Of a DNA stretch of 64,000 nt, positions 28,718 to 37,818 are shown in pieces (position 1 is the stretch's first letter; each line of letters starts with the position of its first letter). Location of the stretch: the sequence record NC_010821.1; one strand, written 5' to 3'. The translations under genes were made by a program, and so were the position numbers. The notes beneath the pieces are model-generated. The model worked only from the letters and a program-made list of their open reading frames with translations. It searched no databases and had not been told where the DNA came from.

Positions 28718-28890
28718 TTGGTTTCCTAATGACACTCAGTTTGATCTTGCTGATCGGATGGGTCGGTATGGGTTTCAAATCGAAGGTCGATCGAGTAGTC
28801 CATACCCGTGTTGGTTTTGCACTACTGTTTTCAGTAGCCATTACGGTTTACGCTAACCTTATTACCCTGAGCGTGGAGTTAGCCAAATGA
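28702..28890 (+). CDS. small 2-TM membrane protein
   Basis: two hydrophobic helices; GGAGG SD. Confidence 0.65.
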   Translation: MSYALIGFLMTLSLILLIGWVGMGFKSKVDRVVHTRVGFALLFSVAITVYANLITLSVELAK

Positions 28891-29324
28891 GTTTCTTTGT
28901 GTGTAAACGTGATGACATTATCCACTTCGGTGGAATGCAGTCCGTCATGATGGATTGGGAACACGTACCTACATTCGGTACGTTCAGCGTGGTCATGAAT
29001 GATTGCCGTTTGATGTCACCTGACGATATCTGGGTATGGGTCGGTAGCTCAGTTATCACCGGCTACATTAAAGGTCGGTTTGTTAATACCGGTCTATGGA
29101 CCGAACAGGAAATCTGTCGACTGTCGTATGACAACAAAGCCTTGATCATTATTCGTGAAGGTAAAAATTACTTCATTTATAAAAACGGACACAAGGAATT
29201 CCGTACAGAGGTATCCGACGGTAGTTTGATGTATACCCATGGTTGTGTTGAAGGTCAGGTACTCGATGCCATTGATCGTGACATAATGCCAACGCGTTGG
29301 GTCATCGACAAACGTAAGGTATAA
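28887..29324 (+). CDS. hypothetical protein
   Basis: 145-aa ORF, ATGA overlap. Confidence 0.7.
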   Translation: MSFFVCKRDDIIHFGGMQSVMMDWEHVPTFGTFSVVMNDCRLMSPDDIWVWVGSSVITGYIKGRFVNTGLWTEQEICRLSYDNKALIIIREGKNYFIYKNGHKEFRTEVSDGSLMYTHGCVEGQVLDAIDRDIMPTRWVIDKRKV

Positions 29325-29359
29325 CAATACCCTGCTAACCCATTTGATAGGAGCTTGAT

Positions 29360-29647
29360 ATGTCCAAAAGTAAACTTGAAGCAATCGTGGATTTCATCAT
29401 CTCTAAACAGGACGAGTTTAAAGATACTCCACTCAATACCGAACGTGTATTGTATCCAGAAGACTTCCTCGTGGATAATGTCTCGGCTCTTTACGTACGA
29501 TCCGTTTCAGAAGAGAAATCGAACATCTACGATGGTGTCTGGAACGGGTTGTATTGGATGGCCCGTGAAATCAATAACTATCGTATCAACGTCGCTAATG
29601 ACTGTGACCGTATCAACTTAATGATCGAGGGGCTTAATGAGCGATAA
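29360..29647 (+). CDS. hypothetical protein
   Basis: AGGAG SD, 95 aa. Confidence 0.7.
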   Translation: MSKSKLEAIVDFIISKQDEFKDTPLNTERVLYPEDFLVDNVSALYVRSVSEEKSNIYDGVWNGLYWMAREINNYRINVANDCDRINLMIEGLNER

Positions 29648-29876
29648 ATCCATTCCGCCGACGCAAACGTATTTTGACGTAGACCGTAGTGGGTACTGTT
29701 ACCTACTTAAGGTTAAGTTCTCCTTTAACAAGAAAGGGGAACTCGTGGAAACCATCATGAAGGTTACTCATCTGGGTAAACTGTCTCATCTGGACTATGT
29801 ACTTGACTACAGTTCCTATGTGGTATGGCCACGCGCTTTCGAATCTAACGATATCAAACAACTGGGAGTTAATTAA
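29637..29876 (+). CDS. hypothetical protein
   Basis: 79-aa ORF. Confidence 0.6.
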   Translation: MSDKSIPPTQTYFDVDRSGYCYLLKVKFSFNKKGELVETIMKVTHLGKLSHLDYVLDYSSYVVWPRAFESNDIKQLGVN

Positions 29877-30772
29877 TGTCTAAGTCTAAACGTCACAACA
29901 CCGTAAGTTTGTCGATCCACTACAAAAACGCCAACGATCGTACTGCTTTTGAAAACGAACTCAACCTCGTTCAAGACCTCAGTACGTTGATGACTGCATC
30001 GGCGAAGTTGCATAACCACGCTGCTGATCCTTTGGTGCGACCGCAGGCTTACGTAAAAGACGTTGACGATTACTATGGCTCGATCACTCTTCAGTTCCCA
30101 TTGAAGGCCAAGTGGTACAGTGAAGAAAACGACATGCGTTGCTACAGCCATGTTGGACTGTATAACCTTTTGAAGTTGATCTCAGATGTATGCTCGACGC
30201 ACTCGGTCAACTTTGAAGAGTTCCGTACTCATCTGGATCTGGGCGGGATGAAAGCCCCATGGGTTCTGCCTGTTGAGGGGATGGGTGTTATTCTTCGTGA
30301 AGGTTCTCGACAGATGACTCTCACTGGCGATGTATTGCCACGTGCGGTAAGACTGGGCGTTGCTGAATATGAGGTTGAACAGTTGATCGTGGTGGGTGAA
30401 CCTCGTGCAGTTGAAGACTTCAGTCGGGCATGGGGTCACGTAGCCGATAAATACCGTCGTGTGATGCAGAAGTATCCCACGCATCAGTATCACGGTCGTG
30501 GTCCGCTGATGGACGTAAGTACCATGAAGTACTCGTGGGGTAACCATAACTGGCAAAACGTTGGTGTGTTCGCATTGGTCAAACGTCCTGAGTTTGAACC
30601 GACTTGGGTAACTTTGGGCGAGATGCATAACTCGTCGGTGCTGAAGAACATTATTGATATCGGTAATCACATGTTGAATACCCCACTTCAGTTCTCTAAC
30701 ACGGAACCCTCGATTCGTAATAACATCTTCCTTTCGGACCATGCATATTACAGCTTTGAGTCGGTAGTCTAA
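29876..30772 (+). CDS. ~290-aa paralog family member
   Basis: RHNTVSLSI...GSITLQF...LIVVGEPRAVEDFSRAW. Confidence 0.75.
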   Translation: MSKSKRHNTVSLSIHYKNANDRTAFENELNLVQDLSTLMTASAKLHNHAADPLVRPQAYVKDVDDYYGSITLQFPLKAKWYSEENDMRCYSHVGLYNLLKLISDVCSTHSVNFEEFRTHLDLGGMKAPWVLPVEGMGVILREGSRQMTLTGDVLPRAVRLGVAEYEVEQLIVVGEPRAVEDFSRAWGHVADKYRRVMQKYPTHQYHGRGPLMDVSTMKYSWGNHNWQNVGVFALVKRPEFEPTWVTLGEMHNSSVLKNIIDIGNHMLNTPLQFSNTEPSIRNNIFLSDHAYYSFESVV

Positions 30773-30804
30773 ACGGCATAAGCTGGGGTTGCTAATACAA
30801 CCCC

Positions 30805-30830
30805 TTTCAAATTTATATCACTTTAATGAT
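30805..30830 (+). promoter_or_regulatory. probable early promoter variant (class B)
   Basis: TTCAAATT-TATATCAC(30814-30821)-TTTAATG right after the hairpin at 30785-30804. Confidence 0.5.
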
Positions 30831-30849
30831 AAACCACAGGAACTCTACA

Positions 30850-31734
30850 ATGTCGAAGAATAAAACCTTTCATAGTGTCACCTACACTTTTGAAAACGAT
30901 GACCATCCAATCGTGATCGAATGGTTTGGTAAGAAAATGCTCGAGTTACAGCAGATCGTAAAAGTACATCTTGCTGATAACACTATTCGTCAAGATAAAT
31001 TCAAGGTCGAATTTTTCGGCAACGGGACCATGGTGAAGCTTACCTTCATCACTAACTTTCTGGGTGATGAGCAACTCTACACCAGCTTGATGGGTTACGT
31101 GAACCATCTGATTGGCGTGGCATCGCAGTACGTGGAAATCAAAACTTACTTTGAGTGTAATGACACTCGTCGTAATCGGTTTGCTCTGTTCAACGACTTC
31201 GGTTTGATGATCAAGCGTAATGCCCCACTGGAAGTTCGCAGTGTCGGTAACGTAGCATATAACATCGGTAATGACGTTAATGGCGTGTGGGTCGCCGGTG
31301 AACCAAATCTGGTGCGTAAGGTAGTGGGTCGCATTCGCTACCTGTTGCGCAGTGGTAACAAAAACGTCAGGTTCGGCTATGATAAATTTATCAAAGAGGT
31401 AAAGCTATTTCTTGGTAAAGACGCTGCCGTTTATGTAACACGTGAGGGTGCCGGTTGGGGTGAAGTAATTCATGACGATGGCTACTCTGCCGCTAGTTGG
31501 CAAGATCCATTCCTGAGCGGTTACGTGGAACTGATCGAGGCCGGTAAAGCACCGGATGTATTTGATCTGGTGGGCGCCAAAGACAACTACTTCGATTTCC
31601 CTGCTTTCATGGCGGTGATCTTGGAGCGTGTTGAACAACTGCGTCAAGAAAAACCCCGTCAAGGTGGCTGGGTAAATATCCCAAATGAATTCATTCAATC
31701 TGTACTGAAGGAGATTACTGATGTCGAGTCGTGA
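30850..31734 (+). CDS. ~290-aa paralog family member
   Basis: TFHSVTYTF...TMVKLTF...VWVAGEPNLVRKVVGRI. Confidence 0.75.
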   Translation: MSKNKTFHSVTYTFENDDHPIVIEWFGKKMLELQQIVKVHLADNTIRQDKFKVEFFGNGTMVKLTFITNFLGDEQLYTSLMGYVNHLIGVASQYVEIKTYFECNDTRRNRFALFNDFGLMIKRNAPLEVRSVGNVAYNIGNDVNGVWVAGEPNLVRKVVGRIRYLLRSGNKNVRFGYDKFIKEVKLFLGKDAAVYVTREGAGWGEVIHDDGYSAASWQDPFLSGYVELIEAGKAPDVFDLVGAKDNYFDFPAFMAVILERVEQLRQEKPRQGGWVNIPNEFIQSVLKEITDVES

Positions 31735-32539
31735 TTCTCACCGCGTTAAAGTAGTAATTGGTTGGACCCTACCTAAGGATAATGAACTCAGTGTTATCGC
31801 TGATCATTCTTTGGTAAATGATCTTCGGGTTCTACAGAAACGTGTCGACGGACACTACATGGCAGGTAGTGTGATAAAGACTGTTCAACGTGACGGCGAT
31901 TCGGTAGTGCATACTTTCCGTCTACGTCATAAAGGTTATTCGCGCCATACGCGTAAGACCAGCTGGACCCAGTTGTTACTGTTTGTTGCACAGGTCAAGA
32001 AATTGTCTGCCAGTATCCCAGCAACTATGAATCCAGTATTCGATCTGGATATGGAACAAAACCACATGCCGTGGGTATTCCATACTGGGTTCAACACAGA
32101 TGGTCGCACTAACCTTTTCCTGAGGCCTGAGGCTATTCGCAGCGTTGTTCAACTGAACCGGAAAATTCGTATTTCTAATCCAGAAAATGTTTTCGCTAAC
32201 CTGATGGATCATGGCGATCGGAAAACTTATGCTATGTCTGATCAGTTTATGTTGTTTGGTCGTGAGCGCGCGGTTGAGAAATACGAGCGTTCGCTACGAG
32301 CAATCGAACAGGCAGGTCCAAACAAGAATATCATTGATCCCTATATCCGTGCATCGGGTCAATACGGGTATCCATTAGAAGATCAACTGTTGGTACTGTA
32401 TCGCGATTCAGCCGGGCAATGGGTTAATATCCCAGGTACTGGCTTTGAGGTCACTGATGGTGAGTTCACCCGTGAAGCTCTGACCAGCCAAAGAGATACT
32501 ATCTTCGGTCTCAATTACGAACCACGCTTTGTTAACTAA
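31721..32539 (+). CDS. ~280-aa paralog family member
   Basis: SHRVKVVI...DSVVHTF...FMLFGRERAVEKYERSL. Confidence 0.75.
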   Translation: MSSRDSHRVKVVIGWTLPKDNELSVIADHSLVNDLRVLQKRVDGHYMAGSVIKTVQRDGDSVVHTFRLRHKGYSRHTRKTSWTQLLLFVAQVKKLSASIPATMNPVFDLDMEQNHMPWVFHTGFNTDGRTNLFLRPEAIRSVVQLNRKIRISNPENVFANLMDHGDRKTYAMSDQFMLFGRERAVEKYERSLRAIEQAGPNKNIIDPYIRASGQYGYPLEDQLLVLYRDSAGQWVNIPGTGFEVTDGEFTREALTSQRDTIFGLNYEPRFVN

Positions 32540-32597
32540 CCTAACCGGGGTAGTTCGCTACCCCATAACACAATCTTACCTAAAGGACTAATAATAA

Positions 32598-33266
32598 ATG
32601 CCGATCGCTCGCACACCTGAGCACACTGCAATGCGTAAATTGCTGATGCGCTATATGGCGGAGTATACAAATAACTCTTCAGCTCCAGCAAACATCCGGG
32701 GTGGTTTCTTTGCAATTCATATCACCGACACTAACATGGTGTGGGTGAACGAAACAGGTAGCTTTGCCAGCACACTCCAACGCTGGAAGAATAAAGGTAC
32801 TTTCGCCGATTGCGTAGGACAAGCTATTAAACGTGGTGCTAAACTGGAACTTTGGTTCTTGACACAGCCACAGCGGTTCTGCGTGAACGAATTAAAAGAA
32901 GAACTCAGCGAATTGAATAAAATAGCTGAACGAAAAGAACGCGTTATGTCTGGTCCTGGTAAACTCTACAGTATCCGACATGCTGGCTCAATGGACTTCT
33001 TCCTTTTAGCCGATCGTATCAACACCGCACCAACTTCACTGCTGTCTAACTTTGTTACCCGTCTGCAAACCATGCGCGGTGACAATCGTAATCAATTGTT
33101 GGACCAGTTTGTTAGTGAGCAGACCTCTGACATCATTAAAGGTACCGGTTTCGATATTACTCATATTGATGACTTCGATAGCTGTGAGGACCTCTGGCTG
33201 AAACGTCAGGTCTATATCGATGACAACAAATTCGGTCGCAATCTGAACTGGCACAACGTGGACTGA
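32598..33266 (+). CDS. degenerate tandem GIY-YIG-like domain protein
   Basis: GGFFAIHITDTNMVWVNET and GKLYSIRHAGSMDFFLL mirror GIY-x9-11-YIG strands; C-terminal ...KRQVYIDD...NLN pattern. Confidence 0.45.
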   Translation: MPIARTPEHTAMRKLLMRYMAEYTNNSSAPANIRGGFFAIHITDTNMVWVNETGSFASTLQRWKNKGTFADCVGQAIKRGAKLELWFLTQPQRFCVNELKEELSELNKIAERKERVMSGPGKLYSIRHAGSMDFFLLADRINTAPTSLLSNFVTRLQTMRGDNRNQLLDQFVSEQTSDIIKGTGFDITHIDDFDSCEDLWLKRQVYIDDNKFGRNLNWHNVD

Positions 33267-33297
33267 TCCACTCAATCTTTCTATTAGGTTTACTGCA

Positions 33298-33978
33298 ATG
33301 ACTTCTAAAATCGTAACCTTTCCAGACGTACCAATGACCATGGTCATTAAGCGTCTTACCGATTACACCGTGCAACACTATTCCGGCTTGGATGACATTC
33401 CACATCTCTGTGTGAAAGTCCGCCATCATAATGGCTTCGCGTGGTTTGGTATCAGCATCATTCCAACGGGTAATTATCCTAACGGGTTCCCTGCACCATG
33501 GCCGGCTCAGTTGGTACGTAATGTCAAGACCCAGTTCCTTCAGGCGATGGCTCAGGTTATCGATCTGGCTGAAATGGATTCTGACGTGGATCTGTTGATG
33601 CGTAGTATCCAAGACATCTGCGCCAAGCGTAAACGTCCTGTGATGTTCGGTACTGGCGGTAATGAGTTCATCCAGATCTCGTCTACCAACAACGTTCAGA
33701 TCGAGCTGTATCGCGATGAGGTGAAGCCAGAGTCGTCGACTTACGGTGGTTATTTCTTCGTGGTGGAATATGACGGTCAAACCTTTCCGGGGTTGCTGTA
33801 CCATCGTGGGATCATTGCATACAACTATATCACCAAAGAAGCCGCTCATGGTTTGATCCGTGAAGAACTCCAAGCTAAGTTCCCTGAGTTCTTCAATGAC
33901 CCATCGAAGTTGGTGATCCCTTTCGGTGAAATCATGCAGTTACCACGTAACCGTAACAAGTGGGCTAAGGTGCGATGA
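33298..33978 (+). CDS. hypothetical protein
   Basis: 226-aa ORF. Confidence 0.75.
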   Translation: MTSKIVTFPDVPMTMVIKRLTDYTVQHYSGLDDIPHLCVKVRHHNGFAWFGISIIPTGNYPNGFPAPWPAQLVRNVKTQFLQAMAQVIDLAEMDSDVDLLMRSIQDICAKRKRPVMFGTGGNEFIQISSTNNVQIELYRDEVKPESSTYGGYFFVVEYDGQTFPGLLYHRGIIAYNYITKEAAHGLIREELQAKFPEFFNDPSKLVIPFGEIMQLPRNRNKWAKVR

Positions 33979-34352
33979 AAACACAGACGCTAGTTATTGA
34001 CCTGATTCGTAACTGGCTTCCGAACGCTACCACTGGTTTGTGGGCGAAGCACTCGATGGAGGGCTTCGATATCATCACAGTTCTGACTGAACCCGAGTAC
34101 CCTGGATTGGAAAAGATTCAGGGGAAAGTCATTTGGGCAGAAGACGGTGTAATTGATGACAAGGCTAATGCTGAACGCAATCTGCTGATTCATCAGGTAG
34201 CCCGTAAGTTCGCCAAAGCCACTGAAACGGTGCTCATTGGCGTCAGGCATGTTGATCGTATTACATACCTCGACTTCAAAGGTGAGTCTATCAAAAACGT
34301 TGAAGGGTTCGACTGGGTGGATGTCGTTCTAGAAAAAGAAATCATCGTTTAG
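33975..34352 (+). CDS. hypothetical protein
   Basis: 125-aa ORF, ATGA overlap. Confidence 0.7.
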   Translation: MKTQTLVIDLIRNWLPNATTGLWAKHSMEGFDIITVLTEPEYPGLEKIQGKVIWAEDGVIDDKANAERNLLIHQVARKFAKATETVLIGVRHVDRITYLDFKGESIKNVEGFDWVDVVLEKEIIV

Positions 34353-34379
34353 TAAAAGAATACTCAGTGTGTAATATTA

Positions 34380-34855
34380 TAGGAGTGAATGCTCCTAGCC
34401 CGTGATAAAAGCCTCGTAAAAGTGTTGCTTTCATTTCCCACCCCATCACGGGTTCCCCCTATTCAGGATCACTGCTCTGGTAGTGAACCAAATGAACAAG
34501 GGTGTTCGCAGGGGTTATCTCTCTAACCAGGGTCCCCGTCACCATAAGCAGTAGGTTAGATGCCCTGCTCGAACACCCGCCTAAGCATAATGAACTTTCG
34601 GAATAATTCGCCCGTCCCCAAATAAGGTGGGATGGTTAGTTGGAGATGACCAGTCTCCTAAACCGAAGCACTGATCACTAGGGTGGTACCTATTCGATAC
34701 AGTGAAGTTACTCGATCATATCGGTGTTACACCCCCGATCGAAGTGGCGACTGACAAAGTGATACTTCCTACTAAATGGGTTGTTCAGCTGGCCAGCACA
34801 CATGCGTCAGATTAAACCTCAAGCCCCCACCCTCGTAGGTGGGGGCTTTATTCCG
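34380..34855 (+). ncRNA. candidate large structured non-coding RNA of unknown family
   Basis: ~500-nt gap with no credible ORF in an otherwise gap-free genome; at least 10 nested helices with plus-strand G:U pairs; ends in a strong terminator. Confidence 0.65.
34821..34855 (+). terminator. hairpin terminator closing the candidate ncRNA
   Basis: AAGCCCCCACC-CTCGTA-GGTGGGGGCTT-TATTCCG. Confidence 0.8.
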
Positions 34856-34870
34856 TCTCAAGGAGAAACT

Positions 34871-35068
34871 ATGAGTTTGTACGATCAGTTGTTTAAGCTG
34901 TATATTACGGTGAAAGATCCGAAGGTTGTCCGGTATCGTCGACATCCATGTCAACTGCGTATTGTCGGCAAGGCCCGGCATATGTGGGGTAACGAAAGTA
35001 AACTCGATCCCGGTTCTCAAAGCACTGAAACGATTGAAAAACTCATCGCCCGTTATTACATCGATTAA
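34871..35068 (+). CDS. hypothetical protein (65 aa)
   Basis: AAGGAG SD before ATG 34871 (the track start at 34781 runs through the terminator). Confidence 0.65.
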   Translation: MSLYDQLFKLYITVKDPKVVRYRRHPCQLRIVGKARHMWGNESKLDPGSQSTETIEKLIARYYID

Positions 35069-35077
35069 GGAGTTCTT

Positions 35078-35569
35078 ATGAAAAAGCTTGATAAAACAGG
35101 TCCACTTAAAGCAGCCTATTATCTCATCACCAGTTATGCTGATTATGAGAAGGCTATTCTCGAATACCTTAAAGAGAATGATCACAAACCTGAGGACTGG
35201 GGTATGCGTGACCAGTTCAATGTGAATGAATTGGTTGAAGGTCATCACATCAAAGGTAATCGTGAACTCTACACCAACGGTGAATCCCCAGAGTTCATCC
35301 TGTGCATCAACTTCGATGATCAGTTTGTACAACTCATCGTTAATTTCGTGAGTGTGTCTGACTTCATCGTACCAGAAGGCGATGTACCTGCACACATGTA
35401 CGAGTTCGAAATCGAGCGCCACATGCGAGAATCCCCGTACCGCATCCACCGTAGCCAGTATCAAGTTATGGCTAAGGATGCGTTCGAGGCGCACGTGCTG
35501 GTAGGTCAGTGCTATTCCCGTGACGAAGAGTATGATCTCAAAATCGCTAGCTGGAGGAAAGTAAAATGA
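35078..35569 (+). CDS. hypothetical protein
   Basis: AAGGAG SD, 163 aa. Confidence 0.75.
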   Translation: MKKLDKTGPLKAAYYLITSYADYEKAILEYLKENDHKPEDWGMRDQFNVNELVEGHHIKGNRELYTNGESPEFILCINFDDQFVQLIVNFVSVSDFIVPEGDVPAHMYEFEIERHMRESPYRIHRSQYQVMAKDAFEAHVLVGQCYSRDEEYDLKIASWRKVK

Positions 35570-36063
35570 AGCGCCTTGACCAATACGAAGGTAGCAATCG
35601 CTCAGGCATGTTCAAGTATCGGATCGAAGCTGATGGTGAACTCGAACAGGCTATCCAAGCTGCGTGCGATGAGATGTCAGTTAGCACGGGGGAACCGCAT
35701 GGTATGGATGATCGCCCGAAGCATTATCCTTACATTGCGTTCATCCACCCTGACGATGAATACTATCGCGTGGATCTCGGCTTTGCGACTGCTGAAGATC
35801 TTGTAGGGGATGGTCCAGGTAGTCTGGATGAGCTGAAGGATATGCTCTATAACTACACTACCATGAAGCCGTGGTTGGATCGTATTCATGAAGCCGCACA
35901 ACTTAACGGTGAAGCAAGTATCGAGTTCCGCGATCTTGATGATGAACCTAACTTCGGCAATCAGTACGCTATGAACAACAAACAGGCTGACTGGCTCCGT
36001 AGTCAAGGCTGGGTGGTGCACTGGGAGAAATACCCACGTACTTGGATCGTATCTGGCTGGTGA
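35566..36063 (+). CDS. hypothetical acidic protein
   Basis: GGAGG SD, 165 aa. Confidence 0.75.
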   Translation: MKRLDQYEGSNRSGMFKYRIEADGELEQAIQAACDEMSVSTGEPHGMDDRPKHYPYIAFIHPDDEYYRVDLGFATAEDLVGDGPGSLDELKDMLYNYTTMKPWLDRIHEAAQLNGEASIEFRDLDDEPNFGNQYAMNNKQADWLRSQGWVVHWEKYPRTWIVSGW

Positions 36064-36084
36064 TTTCAATTAAGGAGTAATAGC

Positions 36085-36225
36085 ATGCATGACATCGTAG
36101 GAGATCGTCTTAAGAAACAGATTCAATCCCGCCGTACAGAACGGCTACAGTATATTTTCCTCTATTCATTCCTCGGAGTGAATGGACTGTACATCGCATA
36201 CGAACTAATCAAACGATTTATCTAA
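36085..36225 (+). CDS. small single-TM protein (46 aa)
   Basis: AAGGAG SD; LQYIFLYSFLGVNGLYIAY. Confidence 0.6.
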   Translation: MHDIVGDRLKKQIQSRRTERLQYIFLYSFLGVNGLYIAYELIKRFI

Positions 36226-36233
36226 GGACGAAT

Positions 36234-36665
36234 ATGAAAACCCTAAACCCGATCCATGCTGATCACGAAAAGGTCTACAACCACTTTGTAGACCGTCAGG
36301 AGAACGGTCAGTTCGATCGTTACAACGCTGATATGCAGTCTTTTATCAATCGGGTCTGGAATAAGAATCTGGGTGTAGTAGCTGCTATGTCACATAGTGG
36401 TATTGGAGCAGACGTATCGAACGGCTTTGTGCAGTTTGTTGCAGATAACCCATCCATGATGGTTCGCCTTATTGGATGGCTGACTGAGGTACGTGACGCT
36501 TTACCAAAACTACAACAACCCACGGTTGAGATCCGTAGTAAGACTACTCCTAACCATATCGATGATGCAACTCATTATCTAACAGTAATGTTTCGAACCC
36601 CTCGATTCAAAACTAAGGATGATGCTAACACCTGGTGGAGTAAACTGGTCCAATCTTATAACTAA
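36234..36665 (+). CDS. hypothetical protein
   Basis: AAGGA SD, 143 aa. Confidence 0.7.
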   Translation: MKTLNPIHADHEKVYNHFVDRQENGQFDRYNADMQSFINRVWNKNLGVVAAMSHSGIGADVSNGFVQFVADNPSMMVRLIGWLTEVRDALPKLQQPTVEIRSKTTPNHIDDATHYLTVMFRTPRFKTKDDANTWWSKLVQSYN

Positions 36666-36680
36666 ACATTGGAGCAGACC

Positions 36681-37121
36681 ATGAAAGCAGTATTGATTAA
36701 AGGTAATCCCAAATTCGTTAGGGGTGATGAAGCAAAAGCGTACTATCAGGAAATCGTTGAGTTTATGGAAGGACTTGGCGTGGAGGTCATCGAAGACCAA
36801 GGTCTCGACAACACGTGTCCACCTCCAGCTGATTTCTACGTGGCCCATTCACGTGGGGTCGATCGTGAGTGCTGTTTCGATACACCAGAACAAATGGCTA
36901 ACTTCATTAAGTTCGGTGTACCAGAAGGCGTGATCCATCCAGTCGATTTAGATTGGTGGGATCGTGGGCGTAAAGGTGTTCCACCCCGTGAGCACTTTGT
37001 GTTTACAGCAGACCAGAAGCTGGCTATCCAGAATAAGGTTGATGCCTTGCGTAAAGCTACCACTCCAGTACCGATCCAGAAATCACGCCAGTCTGCTTCA
37101 CGCAGGCCGGGTGTACGATAA
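36681..37121 (+). CDS. minimal alpha/beta-hydrolase-like protein
   Basis: AVLIKG strand; YVAHSRG nucleophile-elbow-like motif; VIHP. Confidence 0.45.
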   Translation: MKAVLIKGNPKFVRGDEAKAYYQEIVEFMEGLGVEVIEDQGLDNTCPPPADFYVAHSRGVDRECCFDTPEQMANFIKFGVPEGVIHPVDLDWWDRGRKGVPPREHFVFTADQKLAIQNKVDALRKATTPVPIQKSRQSASRRPGVR

Positions 37122-37126
37122 CACGT

Positions 37127-37176
37127 CATAAAGCCCCTCCGCAAGGAGGGGCAATATGTTGTTTTTTTCTTTTATG
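37127..37176. terminator. bidirectional terminator at a convergent junction; 27-nt duplicate of 60805-60831
   Basis: CATAAA-GCCCCTCC-GCAA-GGAGGGGC-A. Confidence 0.75.
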
Positions 37177-37576
37177 CCATGCGAACTACGCGTTGTAATT
37201 CTTTACCCTTAGCCCAGAGCTTAGGGAACAAATCGTCACGCTCTCGTACGACCATACCGCCACCACGAACCTTATTCGAAGAGGGATACAGTTCTGGGTT
37301 GTCTTGGGCTTCTTTCATAAGTTGGGTCATGTAAAGATCCAAGGTATTCTGATCATCTTGCGTGCATTTAGAGAACACACGCTTGAAGTAATCGTCACAG
37401 TAATCGAAGTCACGTACTACGCGATACCCACGGCTTCCCAGATCGATACGGAAGTATTTACGGTAGTCGTGGTAACCGCCACCAATACGCCACATCTCGT
37501 TACCCGGTTTATTCACGAGGCGTTCGATTTTAAAAGATTTAAGGTCTTTCCATAGTTGAATCAATTTAGTTTTCAT
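37172..37576 (-). CDS. hypothetical protein
   Basis: 134-aa ORF. Confidence 0.7.
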   Translation of the reverse strand: MKTKLIQLWKDLKSFKIERLVNKPGNEMWRIGGGYHDYRKYFRIDLGSRGYRVVRDFDYCDDYFKRVFSKCTQDDQNTLDLYMTQLMKEAQDNPELYPSSNKVRGGGMVVRERDDLFPKLWAKGKELQRVVRMA

Positions 37577-37818
37577 TTTACACCATTGATGGTTTTGATG
37601 AAGGTATGTGCTTCATCGATATTAATGATCTTGATATATTTTGAATCGTTGTTGCCTACCATCATATTAAGTTGACTTAGCCATGACGAATAGTGTTCTG
37701 GCCCCTTGAGACGAGATGGCCACTGAGTCAACTCAAGCATGTGTTGGTAAGCACACTTAGTAGGGCGTCGATCGGGTAGCAATAAACTACCCAGCCATCC
37801 TAGAATTCTTTTTAGCAT
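37573..37818 (-). CDS. hypothetical protein
   Basis: 81-aa ORF, coupled overlaps. Confidence 0.6.
   Translation of the reverse strand: MLKRILGWLGSLLLPDRRPTKCAYQHMLELTQWPSRLKGPEHYSSWLSQLNMMVGNNDSKYIKIINIDEAHTFIKTINGVK

Noticed and set aside
34380-34855. tmRNA, RNase P, group I/II intron or hammerhead identity for the large RNA
   Set aside because: No tRNA-like ends, no GAGGAAAGUCC, no domain V or recognisable P7 core, no CUGAUGA/GAAA core, and it does not interrupt a gene.
34781-34870. 5' extension of ORF 34781..35068
   Set aside because: It runs through the terminator hairpin; the AAGGAG SD supports a start at 34871.
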